Origin: an uncultured Actinomycetes bacterium
Lineage (GTDB): Bacteria > Actinomycetota > Thermoleophilia > Gaiellales > JAICJC01
Assembly (NCBI GenBank): GCA_963709425.1
Contig: CAVPWG010000002.1
Coordinates: 65,372 to 129,371, forward strand
Length of the DNA: 64,000 nt
Direction of reading: 5' to 3'
In this document: positions 55,447-64,000 of the stretch, piece by piece
Layout of the letters: every line of letters begins with the position of its first letter
Position numbering within the stretch: the stretch's first letter is position 1
Position numbers and translations under genes: made by a program
Notes under the pieces: generated by a model
Told to the model about the DNA's origin: nothing
Databases searched by the model: none
Seen by the model: the letters and a program-made list of their open reading frames with translations, nothing else

Positions 55447-57252
55447 TTAACCGAGCCGCTGATCGAGATTGACCGCGGCCGAGATCAGCGCCAGGTGCGT
55501 GAAGGCCTGCGGGAAGTTCCCGAGCAGCTCGCCCGACGGCCCGATCTCCTCCGAGTAGAGGCCCAGGTGGTTCGCGTAGGTGAGCATCTTCTCGAACGCC
55601 AGCCGCGCCTCGTCGAGCCGGCCGGCGCGGGCCATAGCCTCGACGTACCAGAACGAGCAGATCGAGAACGTCCCCTCATCGCCCTGGAGCCCGTCCGGCG
55701 AGGCGGAGGCGTTGTAGCGGTAGACGAGGCTGTCGGAGACGAGCTCCTTGCCGATCGCGTCGAGTGTCGAGAGCCACCGCGGGTCCTTCGGCGCGATGAA
55801 GCGCGTCAGCGGCATGAGGAGCAGCGAGGCGTCGAGGACGTCGGACTCGTAGTGCTGCACGAACGCCCCGCGCTTCTCGTTCCAGCCCCGGGTCATGATC
55901 TGCTCGGTGACCTCGTCGCGGGCCGAGAGCCAGGCGACGAGGTCTGCCGGGAGGCCGCGCTGGCGCGCCATGCGGATCGCGCGCTCGATCGCCACCCACG
56001 ACATGAGCCGCGAGTAGGTGAACTGCTGGCGCCCGCCACGCGTCTCCCAGATGCCCTCGTCGGGCCGGTCCCAGTTCTTGCAGAGCCACTCGAGCACCTT
56101 CACGAGGTCCATCCAGGCGTCGTAGGAGATCGGCTCGCCGTACTTGTTGTAGAGGTACACCGAGTCGATCAGCTCGCCGTAGATGTCGAGCTGGAGCTGG
56201 TCGGCGGCGCCGTTTCCGATCCGCACCGGAGCAGATCCGGCGTAGCCCTCGAAGTGGTCGAGCACCTCCTCCTCGAGGTCGGCCCGGCCGTCGACGCCGT
56301 ACATGATCTGGAGCGGCCCGTCGCCGCGGCCGGCAGACTCGCGGAAGCGGTCCGTGAGCCACCGCATGAAGGCCTCGGCCTCCTCCGTGAACCCGAGCCG
56401 CAGCAAGGCGTAGAGCGAGAACGCCGCGTCGCGGATCCAGGTGTAGCGGTAGTCCCAGTTGCGCTCGCCGCCCAGCTGCTCGGGAAGGCTCGTGGTCGCG
56501 GCCGCGACGATCGCGCCGGAGGGGCGGTACGTGAGCAGCTTGAGGGTGAGCGCCGACCGGTTCACCATCTCGCGCCAGCGGCCGCGGTACACGGAATGGT
56601 GGAGCCAGCCGCGCCAGTAGCGGACGGTGTCCTCGAACGCCTCGGCCGCCTCCTCGTCGGTGAGGAGCGGCGGCAGCGGCCCCTCCCCGGCCTGCTCGAG
56701 GCTGAAGATCGCGCTCTCGCCGGCGGTGAGCCGAAACTCGGCAGCCACGCCATCGTCGAGCGGCTCGAGGTCGGTTGCTGTCACGAGCGCCAGGCGCAGG
56801 TCGTCGGAGCTGAACGTGGCGCCGTGCTCGCCGATCAGCGTCGTGTGGGTCGCGCGGCCGTAGTCGAACCGAGGCCGGCAGACGAGCATGAACTTCATCT
56901 CGCCGCGCACCCCGAGCACCCGCCGAAGCAGCTGGCGGCGATGCTCCGGATCGCGGTGGATCGGCATGAAGTCCTGCACCTCGCCCACGCCGTGCGGCGT
57001 CAGGAAGCGTGTGATGAGGACGTTCGTGTCCGGGAAGTAGAGCTGCTTCGTCGCGTAGTCGGAGTGCGCCGGAGCGATCCGGAAGTACCCGCCCTTCTCG
57101 GCGTCGAGAATCGCGGCGAAGACGCTGGGCGCGTCGAATCGCTCGGGGCAGTACCAGTCGATCGTGCCGTCCGTCCCGACCAGCGCCACCGTGTGCAGGT
57201 CGCCGATGACGCCATGCTCGGCGATCGGCAGATAGCGGCGGTCGGCGGTCAC
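55447..57252 (-). CDS. Glycoside hydrolase family 15 (glucoamylase/trehalase-like)
   Basis: [40 protein letters not shown] and the (alpha/alpha)6 barrel pattern are present. Confidence 0.85.
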   Translation of the reverse strand: MTADRRYLPIAEHGVIGDLHTVALVGTDGTIDWYCPERFDAPSVFAAILDAEKGGYFRIAPAHSDYATKQLYFPDTNVLITRFLTPHGVGEVQDFMPIHRDPEHRRQLLRRVLGVRGEMKFMLVCRPRFDYGRATHTTLIGEHGATFSSDDLRLALVTATDLEPLDDGVAAEFRLTAGESAIFSLEQAGEGPLPPLLTDEEAAEAFEDTVRYWRGWLHHSVYRGRWREMVNRSALTLKLLTYRPSGAIVAAATTSLPEQLGGERNWDYRYTWIRDAAFSLYALLRLGFTEEAEAFMRWLTDRFRESAGRGDGPLQIMYGVDGRADLEEEVLDHFEGYAGSAPVRIGNGAADQLQLDIYGELIDSVYLYNKYGEPISYDAWMDLVKVLEWLCKNWDRPDEGIWETRGGRQQFTYSRLMSWVAIERAIRMARQRGLPADLVAWLSARDEVTEQIMTRGWNEKRGAFVQHYESDVLDASLLLMPLTRFIAPKDPRWLSTLDAIGKELVSDSLVYRYNASASPDGLQGDEGTFSICSFWYVEAMARAGRLDEARLAFEKMLTYANHLGLYSEEIGPSGELLGNFPQAFTHLALISAAVNLDQRLG

Positions 57253-57356
57253 GGCGGGGACGATACCGCGCGGGCTCCGAGGCGCGAGGCCGAGGCTATA
57301 CTTGCGCCCGGCGCCTTTCCCGAGGCGCCGTTTCGCCTGGCCGCACGGCCGGACAC

Positions 57357-57430
57357 GGGGGCGTAGTTCAGCTGGTTAGAACGCCGGCCTGTCACGCCGG
57401 AGGTCGCGGGTTCGAGTCCCGTCGCTCCCG
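57357..57430 (+). tRNA. tRNA-Asp (anticodon GTC)
   Basis: Hand-folded as GGGGGCG TA GTTC AGCTGGTTA GAAC G CCGGC CTGTCAC GCCGG AGGTC GCGGG TTCGAGT CCCGT CGCTCCC G. Confidence 0.9.
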
Positions 57431-57460
57431 CTAAATCCCTGCAAATCTGCATGTTTTGTT

Positions 57461-58804
57461 TCAGTGGAAGCCGAACACCGGCGGGATGACGACCACGACC
57501 GTCGCCGCCCACAGCGCGAACACGGGCAGGTAGGTCGTCTGCCAACGCTCGAGCCGGTGGAGCGTCGTGCGCCGCCTGATGAATCGCACCGCTAGCCAGG
57601 CCGCGCCGGCCAGGTTCACGAGCAGCACGAGGTTGAGACCGAGAGCTGCCGCTCGGTTCGGGGTGAACCCCAGGTCGCCGATCCGGGCGATCATCGCGCC
57701 GAGCACCATCAGGTCGAGCACGAGGGCGCTGACGACGGCGACGAGCTGAACCCGGTCCATCCAGCTCGGCGACGCCGACGGGTCGCGCGCGGACATCCCG
57801 TACAGGACGAGCCCGAGGACGACCAGCAGCAGGGCGTCGAGGACGCTGACGAGCTCGCGGTCGAACGCACCGCCCAGACCGGTCGCCGCATAGACGAGGG
57901 CAGCGATCGTCAGCATCACTGCGAAGAGCGGTGTGAAGATCATCGAGAGCACCGGCGCCATGTTCTCGACGACCCGCTGCTTCGACTCGACGAGCCAGGC
58001 CGCGACGACGACGGCGCCCGCCGCTCCCGAGGGCACCACCCACTGGGCGATCCGGTCGCCGTCCACCCCGACCGGCTGGAAGATCCCGGCGATCAGGGCC
58101 ATGAGCACGCCGCCGCCGAGCGCGATCAGCACGTAGTAGATGAACCACTCACCCGTGAAACGGACGAAGTCCATGCGCCGCTCGTGCGAGCGGACCGTGC
58201 CGCCCATGTACGTGTAGGCGACCGCGAACCAGAGCGCGACGGGCAGACAGAGGGCGACGAGGACCTCGGTGTCCGAGTCCGCATCCCACGGGTAGAGGTT
58301 CACCACGAGCGCGGCGACTGCGAACGGCGCCGCCGTGAGCACCCAGCGCCGCGCATCGAGCTGCCGCCCGCGGGCGAAGTACGCCGCGAGGAACGGCAGC
58401 ACGAAGAGCGTCGCGTTCCGCGCCAGCCAGGACATCCCGCCGCCGGAGGACGCGTCCGCCGCGAGACGTGCGATCTGGATCGCGACGGCCGCGCCCAGGG
58501 CGAAGACGAGCGCCTCGACCCAGCCGGTGGACACCAGCGCCGGCCCGTCGTCGCCGCTCCGGAGCAGCTGCTTCCACAGGCGACCGCTGTGCTCGCGGGC
58601 GTACTCCCGCGAGAGCGCGTCGACGTCCCCGAGCCGCTTCACGGCGATCAGGAACCCCTCGTCGTCGGTGAGGCCCGCCGCCTTCAGCTCGGCGATCTGG
58701 TAGCGAAGATGATCCTCCAACTCGTCGAGGTCGTGGCCGTTCACACCCGGCGCGTTCGCGACGTACGCCCGCCACTCCGCGATCTGTACCTCGACGGCCT
58801 CCAT
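57461..58804 (-). CDS. Polytopic membrane protein with a cytoplasmic N-terminal helical domain, partner of PadR
   Basis: The N-terminus (EWRAYVANAP...LDELEDHLRYQI) is like the permease-prefix/DUF1700 type found after PadR genes. About 10 TM segments follow. Confidence 0.65.
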   Translation of the reverse strand: MEAVEVQIAEWRAYVANAPGVNGHDLDELEDHLRYQIAELKAAGLTDDEGFLIAVKRLGDVDALSREYAREHSGRLWKQLLRSGDDGPALVSTGWVEALVFALGAAVAIQIARLAADASSGGGMSWLARNATLFVLPFLAAYFARGRQLDARRWVLTAAPFAVAALVVNLYPWDADSDTEVLVALCLPVALWFAVAYTYMGGTVRSHERRMDFVRFTGEWFIYYVLIALGGGVLMALIAGIFQPVGVDGDRIAQWVVPSGAAGAVVVAAWLVESKQRVVENMAPVLSMIFTPLFAVMLTIAALVYAATGLGGAFDRELVSVLDALLLVVLGLVLYGMSARDPSASPSWMDRVQLVAVVSALVLDLMVLGAMIARIGDLGFTPNRAAALGLNLVLLVNLAGAAWLAVRFIRRRTTLHRLERWQTTYLPVFALWAATVVVVIPPVFGFH

Positions 58805-58807
58805 CGC

Positions 58808-59167
58808 TCACGCCTCGCGGAGGGCGAACGGCGCTCCACCCGGGCCCGGCCAGACGCCGCCGAGCGTGCGCGTGACGGCGACCCATTGCCGCTGCTGGTC
58901 GGCGAGCGCGCCTCGCCCCTCGTCGGTGATGGCGTAGTACTTGCGGCGACGGCCTTCCGGCGGCGTCCGCCATTCCGTCGTCACGTGGCCGAGCCGCTCG
59001 AGGCGGTGGAGCAGCGGGTACAGCATCCCGTCGGTCCACTCGAGCTCGCCGCCGGAGAGCGCGCGCACCCGCTTCAGGATCGCGTACCCGTAGCTCTCGC
59101 CCTCGACCAGGATCGCGAGAACGAGCGGAGTCGCCGAAGCCGCAACCAGGTCCTTGTCGATGCGCAT
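58808..59167 (-). CDS. PadR-family transcriptional regulator
   Basis: PLVLAILVEGESYGYAILKRV...DGMLYPLLHRLERLGHV...RRKYYAITDEGRGAL is present. Confidence 0.85.
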   Translation of the reverse strand: MRIDKDLVAASATPLVLAILVEGESYGYAILKRVRALSGGELEWTDGMLYPLLHRLERLGHVTTEWRTPPEGRRRKYYAITDEGRGALADQQRQWVAVTRTLGGVWPGPGGAPFALREA

Positions 59168-59330
59168 GCCCGTCCCTTAGCTCGAAGTACCATGCATTGA
59201 AGCACAAGGTAACTAGGAGCCGCAAGGCGTTCGAGGGGAGCGCCGGAAAGCAGGTCCCTACCGCCCCGCTTCCCGAGCCTGACGCGCCAGCGTAGGCGCC
59301 CGAGTCGGCCCCCGGTGGTAGCGTCGGGAC

Positions 59331-59933
59331 GTGATCCGCGCCCACCTCGCGGCAGAGCTCCTCGTCGAAGGCGAGCGCTGGCCCGTGTTCGTCTGGACGA
59401 TCGACCACCCGGCCGGGCTCGTGCTCGTCGACACCGGGATGATCGACTCGAGAGCCGAGATCGACGATATGAGCCCGACGCCGCACCCCGAGAACATCCC
59501 CCGCGACGTCACCAGCGTCATCAACACCCACCTGCATTTCGACCACTGCGGCGGTAACCGCCTCTTTCCGGGCGTACCGATCCACGTCCAGGCGCGCGAG
59601 CTCGCCGACGCTCGTTCGGTCGACGACTACACGATCCGTGAATGGGTCGACTTCGACGGCGCAACGTATGTCGAGCACGAGGGCGAGGTGGAACTGCTAC
59701 CGGGAATCCGCCTGCTGCCGGCGCCCGGGCACACGGACGGACACCAAGTGGTCGTCGTCGAGACCGGCGAGGGCCCGGTCGTCCTCGGAGGCGACGTGGG
59801 CACCTCGTTCCGCGAGCTCGAAAGCGGCACGACCGAGGGACAGCGTCGCGTGCTCGCCCTCGGCGCGCCTACGTGGCTCTCCCACGCGGGGGAGCCGAAG
59901 ATCCCGGAACATCGCCCGGATTCGTCATCATGA
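59331..59933 (+). CDS. MBL-fold metallo-hydrolase
   Basis: The THLHFDHCGGN motif and a downstream GHTDGH are present. Confidence 0.8.
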   Translation: MIRAHLAAELLVEGERWPVFVWTIDHPAGLVLVDTGMIDSRAEIDDMSPTPHPENIPRDVTSVINTHLHFDHCGGNRLFPGVPIHVQARELADARSVDDYTIREWVDFDGATYVEHEGEVELLPGIRLLPAPGHTDGHQVVVVETGEGPVVLGGDVGTSFRELESGTTEGQRRVLALGAPTWLSHAGEPKIPEHRPDSSS

Positions 59934-60003
59934 CCCGTGTAACGAGCCAGACCGCAGCGGGCTCGAGTCCCGCCGCTCCCGTTCCCTTCGGGCTCCGCTC
60001 GAT

Positions 60004-60423
60004 CTAATACTCCTCGGACTGCGGCAGGTCGTCGGTGATGTCGAACCACGGCGCCTTCGAGCCTACGAAGATGTGCTCGGTCGGCCTTATGCCCGGCGTG
60101 TCGACCAGCGATCCCATCGCGACGTGCGCGTACGCGCCGTCCCGGACGACCGAGAAGAGCAGCGATCCGCACTTCGCGCACCGCGCGTCGTGGAGGTTCT
60201 CCTCTCCGACGATGAGCAACCCGTCGCCACCCTCGATCAGCTCGAGCTTCTCCCGCTCGATGCCGGCGAACGCCTTGAACGCGGAGCCGGTCGCAGCGCG
60301 GCAGCGTGAGCAGTGGCAGTTCGCGGCATACAGGAACGCGTCGGCGACCCGGTAGCGCACCGCGCCACACTCACAGCTCCCGGCGAGCAGGCGATCGTCG
60401 TCCACCTGCGTAGCATGCCGCAT
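60004..60423 (-). CDS. GFA-family (CENP-V/glutathione-dependent formaldehyde-activating-like) zinc protein
   Basis: CECGAVRY, CHCSRCR and CAKCGS cysteine clusters are present. Confidence 0.75.
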   Translation of the reverse strand: MRHATQVDDDRLLAGSCECGAVRYRVADAFLYAANCHCSRCRAATGSAFKAFAGIEREKLELIEGGDGLLIVGEENLHDARCAKCGSLLFSVVRDGAYAHVAMGSLVDTPGIRPTEHIFVGSKAPWFDITDDLPQSEEY

Positions 60424-60456
60424 CGTGACGTTCCACGCCCGCCGAGAGGAGCAGCC

Positions 60457-60777
60457 ATGATCGCCCGCATCTGGAGAGGGGCAGTGCGAAGGAGCGACGG
60501 CGACGCGTACAGCCGCTATCTGACCGAGACCGGCGTTGCGGGGTACTCCGCGACGGAGGGCAACGCCGGGGTCTGGATGCTGCGGCGCGACGTCGGCGAC
60601 AACACCGAGTTTCTGATGTTCACGCTCTGGGACTCGCTGGACGCCGTCAAGCGCTTCGCCGGCGAGGGCTACGAGACGGCGGTGTTCTACCCTGAGGACG
60701 ACCGCTTCCTGGTCGATCGCGACCCGGGAGCGAGCCACTGGACAGTGGATGCGCAGGTGCTACCGAGCGATCAGTAG
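60457..60777 (+). CDS. Small ferredoxin-like-fold protein (ABM/Dabb-like)
   Basis: GAGAGGAG precedes ATG 60457. MIARIWRGAV...EFLMFTLWDSLDAVKRFAG is present. The assignment is weak. Confidence 0.45.
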   Translation: MIARIWRGAVRRSDGDAYSRYLTETGVAGYSATEGNAGVWMLRRDVGDNTEFLMFTLWDSLDAVKRFAGEGYETAVFYPEDDRFLVDRDPGASHWTVDAQVLPSDQ

Positions 60778-60933
60778 CATCAGGCGCCGTGGCGGTTATC
60801 GACGTGGCCACGAGCTGGTACGCACGCGGACGCACGTACTGCGCCCCGCCCGCGACTCCGTGCTGAGGACGGAAGAACCGGACGTCCTGCGGTGTCTTGT
60901 GAGCATCCTGATCATCCCGAGGAGGAGATCCCG

Positions 60934-61290
60934 ATGTTCCGCATCAAGCACCTCATCCCGACCGTCGCCGTGGTGATCGCTGCCGGAGCGCTCGCGCCGG
61001 TGGCCCAGGCCCACGCTGAAGGCCTCTACCCACACGTCACTTCGAAGACCACGGTCGTCGGCTTCTTCGACCCGGCGCCCAAGGTCGACAACCAGCTCGG
61101 CGCGCGGGTCCACGACACGCCGCTCGCCAACCCCGTCGCACCGACGGTCGTCGTGACCGGTCGGACGACCCCGATCTCCGGCGGCGTCGACTGGTCGCTC
61201 CCCGTGATGGGCGCGATCGCACTTGGGCTCATCTTCATGGTCGCCGGCGATCAGCTCTTCTTCCGCCGGCGCGGGCAGCTCGCCACGTAG
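60934..61290 (+). CDS. Secreted protein with a C-terminal TM anchor
   Basis: GAGGAGGAG precedes ATG 60934. It has a signal peptide (VAVVIAAGALAPVAQA) and the tail VMGAIALGLIFMVAG..FFRRRG. Confidence 0.55.
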   Translation: MFRIKHLIPTVAVVIAAGALAPVAQAHAEGLYPHVTSKTTVVGFFDPAPKVDNQLGARVHDTPLANPVAPTVVVTGRTTPISGGVDWSLPVMGAIALGLIFMVAGDQLFFRRRGQLAT

Positions 61291-61296
61291 TCACCG

Positions 61297-62373
61297 GTGG
61301 GCCGTGTAGCGTTGGGGGTGGTGCCCGTCGCCACCCCCAACGCCCTGCCCACGAGCCTCGTCGGATCGTATGCGCAGCCCGACTGGCTGATCGACCGCGA
61401 GCGGCTGCTCGAGCGCTTCCCGCCTCGCGTGCGCGCCAAGGAGCTGTGGCGGATCGACGCCAGGTTCCTGGAGGAAGCCCAGGACGACGCCACCCTGATC
61501 GCCATCCGCGACCAGGAGCGGGCCGGGCTCGACGTACTCACCGACGGCGAGCAGCGCCGCGAGAGCTACTCCAACCGGTTCGCCACCGCGCTCTCGGGCG
61601 TCGACATCGAAAACCCCGGGACGGCACTCGACCGCAGCGGTCACCCCAACCCCGTGCCGCGCGTCGTCGGGCCGATCGAGCGGCAGCGCTCGGTGCAGGT
61701 GCGCGACGTCCAGTTCCTGCGCTCCAACACCTCGAGGCCGATCAAGATGACCGTCCCGGGCCCGTTCACGATGTCGCAGCAGGCCCAGAACGACTTCTAC
61801 GAATCGGATGCCGAGCTCGCGCTTGCGTACGCCGGCGCCGTCCACGACGAGATCGCCGAGCTTTTTGCGGCGGGCGCCGACATCGTCCAGATCGACGAGC
61901 CGTACATGCAGGCCCGGCCGGAGAAGGCGCGCGAGTTCGGGCTCGCGGCGCTGGCCCGCGCGCTCGACGGCATCCAGGGCACGACCGCCGTCCACATCTG
62001 CTTCGGCTACGCCGCCATCATCCACGAGCGGCCGGAGGCATACTCGTTCCTGCCCGAGCTCGCCACGTGCACGTGCGATCACATCTCGATCGAGACGGCG
62101 CAGTCGAATCTCGACACGGCGATCCTCGAGACGCTGCCCGGCAAGGGCATCATCCTTGGCGTCATCGACCTGGACAGCCACGAGGTCGAGACGCCCGAGA
62201 CCGTCGCCGCCCGCATCCGCAAGGCGCTGCCGTACAAGCGGCCCGACGAGCTGACGGCAGCGCCCGACTGCGGGATGAAGTACCTGCCGCGCGACGTCGC
62301 CTTCGCCAAGCTCGAGGCGATGGTCGCGGGCGCCGAAACCGTTCGTTCCGAGCGCGAGGTGGAGGACCTATGA
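61297..62373 (+). CDS. Cobalamin-independent methionine synthase-like protein (MetE C-terminal-domain family)
   Basis: LPTSLVGSYAQPDWL, DGEQRR, IQIDEP, HICFGY and APDCGMKYL are present. The start is uncertain. Confidence 0.75.
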   Translation: MGRVALGVVPVATPNALPTSLVGSYAQPDWLIDRERLLERFPPRVRAKELWRIDARFLEEAQDDATLIAIRDQERAGLDVLTDGEQRRESYSNRFATALSGVDIENPGTALDRSGHPNPVPRVVGPIERQRSVQVRDVQFLRSNTSRPIKMTVPGPFTMSQQAQNDFYESDAELALAYAGAVHDEIAELFAAGADIVQIDEPYMQARPEKAREFGLAALARALDGIQGTTAVHICFGYAAIIHERPEAYSFLPELATCTCDHISIETAQSNLDTAILETLPGKGIILGVIDLDSHEVETPETVAARIRKALPYKRPDELTAAPDCGMKYLPRDVAFAKLEAMVAGAETVRSEREVEDL

Positions 62374-62535
62374 GCCTGCGAGACGGCTGACGGTGTCCGG
62401 GCCTCCGACCGAGCCGCGCCCCCGAAACTCATGGGAGGATGCGCCGGCAACCGTAACTGCCCGCGGGCGATGAGTTTGCGCAAGGGTGCCGGTCTACACG
62501 ACGAAACCGTACGCAAGGCTGGAGGCGACGACGAC

Positions 62536-63183
62536 ATGGCACGCATCACGCTCGATATCTCAATGTCCCTCGACGGCTTCGTCGCCGGGCCGGAGCCCTC
62601 GATGGAGCACCCGCTGGGGAAGCGGGGCGAGGAGCTGCACGAATGGGTGTTCGGGCTCGCGTCCTGGCGCCAGGCACACGGCATGGAGGGCGGCGAGACT
62701 GGGCCCGACGCCGATCTCGTGGCCGAGCACGTCGCCTCGTACGGCGCGGTCGTCATGGGTCGGCGCATGTACAGCGGCGGTGCCGGCCCGTGGGAGGGCG
62801 ATCCCAACGCCGGCGGTTGGTGGGGCGATGATCCGCCGTTTCACGTGCCCGTCTTCGTGCTGACCCACCATGCGCGCGAACGCCGCGAGATGCAGGGCGG
62901 GACGACCTTCCACTTCGTCACCGGCGGGATCGATGCGGCGCTCAACGGAGCCCAGGAGGCGGCCGGAGCCAAGGCTGTCCACGTCGCCGGAGGAGCCGAC
63001 GTCGCGCAGCAGACCCTCGCCGCAGGCAGGTTCGACGAGCTCACGGTGCATGTCGCGCCGGTGCTGCTCGGAGCGGGCAGGCGGCTCTTCGAGAACGTCG
63101 ACGGCAGCGGCGTGCAGCTCCAGCCGATGCCCGTTCCGGCGTCACCGGCCGTCACGCACCTGCGCTACCGGGTCGTCAGGTAA
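62536..63183 (+). CDS. Dihydrofolate-reductase-like (RibD C-terminal domain) protein
   Basis: MARITLDISMSLDGFVAG..., AVVMGRRMY and DELTVHVAPVLLGAGRRLF are present. Confidence 0.75.
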   Translation: MARITLDISMSLDGFVAGPEPSMEHPLGKRGEELHEWVFGLASWRQAHGMEGGETGPDADLVAEHVASYGAVVMGRRMYSGGAGPWEGDPNAGGWWGDDPPFHVPVFVLTHHARERREMQGGTTFHFVTGGIDAALNGAQEAAGAKAVHVAGGADVAQQTLAAGRFDELTVHVAPVLLGAGRRLFENVDGSGVQLQPMPVPASPAVTHLRYRVVR

Positions 63184-63226
63184 CGGCCCCCTCGATCCGA
63201 TCGCCGGCCCGGACGCGGCCCGACGC

Positions 63227-64000
63227 TCAGGCGACGGCGGGCTGCTGCCGGTGCGCCAGCATCAGCGGGATCGGCGCGATCGCGATGATCGTCGCCCCGA
63301 GGGCGATCGCCAGGACACCGAACTCGGAGTACGCCGCCCCGCCGGCGAGCGCCAGCCCGGCGCCCGTGAAGCCCGAGAGGAGGTCGGTGAAGCCGATCAG
63401 CCGGCCGCGCTCGGACGGGGCCGCGACGTCAGCCAGGTGGGCGGACGCGGCAACGTAGGACACGTTCCAGCCCAGGCCGACCCCGAAGAGGCAGAACGAC
63501 GTCCAGAGCACGCTCGAGTGCCAGCCCAGGCCGAGCGCCGACACCGCCATCACCAGAAGGCCGCCCACGAGCGCGGGCATGCGGCCGACGCGGTCGATCA
63601 TGTCCCCGACGACCAGCACCAGCGAGTACATCCCGATGATGTGGAAGCTGATCACGGTGAAGATGTCCTCCTCGGCATGGCCGTGGCCGACGACCACATA
63701 GCCGGCCAGGTTCATCACCGACACCATGACGGCGAAGCTCGTGACGGCCGCGATCACCGCGGCGATCGTGCCCGGGCGGGCGAGCACGTCCGACAGCGGC
63801 GGGGCCGGACCTGAATCGTGGTCCGGGTTCGTGCGAGCTGTCGCCGCCGCGAACTCCTTGGGGTCGGGCCGCACCTGCAGCACGATGAAGAATCCGACGG
63901 CCATCATCGCGCCGGCCGCCAGATACGGGATCACGAGGTCGCCCGAATCGAGGTGCCGACCGGAGAGCAGCGGGCGGAAGACGAGCGGTCCCAGCGCCGC
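63227..64000 (-). CDS. MFS transporter, C-terminal half; the 5' end runs past the window end
   Basis: It has six hydrophobic segments. The frame stays open upstream of the tracked start to position 64000. Confidence 0.7.
   Translation of the reverse strand, partial: AALGPLVFRPLLSGRHLDSGDLVIPYLAAGAMMAVGFFIVLQVRPDPKEFAAATARTNPDHDSGPAPPLSDVLARPGTIAAVIAAVTSFAVMVSVMNLAGYVVVGHGHAEEDIFTVISFHIIGMYSLVLVVGDMIDRVGRMPALVGGLLVMAVSALGLGWHSSVLWTSFCLFGVGLGWNVSYVAASAHLADVAAPSERGRLIGFTDLLSGFTGAGLALAGGAAYSEFGVLAIALGATIIAIAPIPLMLAHRQQPAVA

Noticed and set aside
1-64000. CRISPR arrays, rRNA genes, IS elements with terminal inverted repeats, and large tandem repeats.
   Set aside because: None was seen on reading through. 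The only long repeat found is the tRNA-Lys-derived direct repeat. The transposase-like Cys motif at 26098-26730 has no DDE domain or flanking inverted repeats.

Overview
High-GC (about 70% by eye) chromosomal segment. Frequent GTG starts, ATGA/GTGA stop-start overlaps and the gene content suggest Actinomycetota; that assignment is inference, not a search result. Most of the window is dense housekeeping and accessory metabolism: ECF sigma plus membrane partner, an ABC-2 exporter, tdh-kbl, a roughly 11-kb carbohydrate locus (SIS/ROK/bicupin, ABC importer, GH4, BadF-type kinase, Gfo/Idh/MocA), sthA, arsR-aquaglyceroporin-arsC, three PadR regulators, a KdpE/short KdpD-like pair, a GH15 hydrolase and four complete tRNAs (Lys, Glu, Val, Asp). 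Two regions stand out. (1) Coordinates 22888-31482 are bracketed by a 40-nt perfect direct repeat of the 3' half of tRNA-Lys. This looks like an integrated element. It carries a quinol-type nitric oxide reductase, a translationally coupled Cys-rich membrane protein, a frameshifted large serine recombinase preceded by an untracked CxxC mini-ORF, and a gene-poor decayed stretch next to the tRNA. (2) Coordinates 41580-47195 encode an NAD-type formate dehydrogenase whose alpha subunit is split and gene-order permuted. The Mo-domain gene has an in-frame TGA at the Cys/Sec ligand position, followed by a SECIS-like hairpin. Four otherwise recognisable genes (serine recombinase, SRPBCC, GDPD, sulfotransferase) each need a single-base frame correction, so assembly indel error must be excluded before calling them pseudogenes. 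Many long Arg/Pro/Ala-rich ORFs in the track are shadow frames of real genes and were ignored. No CRISPR array or rRNA was seen. All homology calls come from recognising motifs in the translations; nothing was searched.
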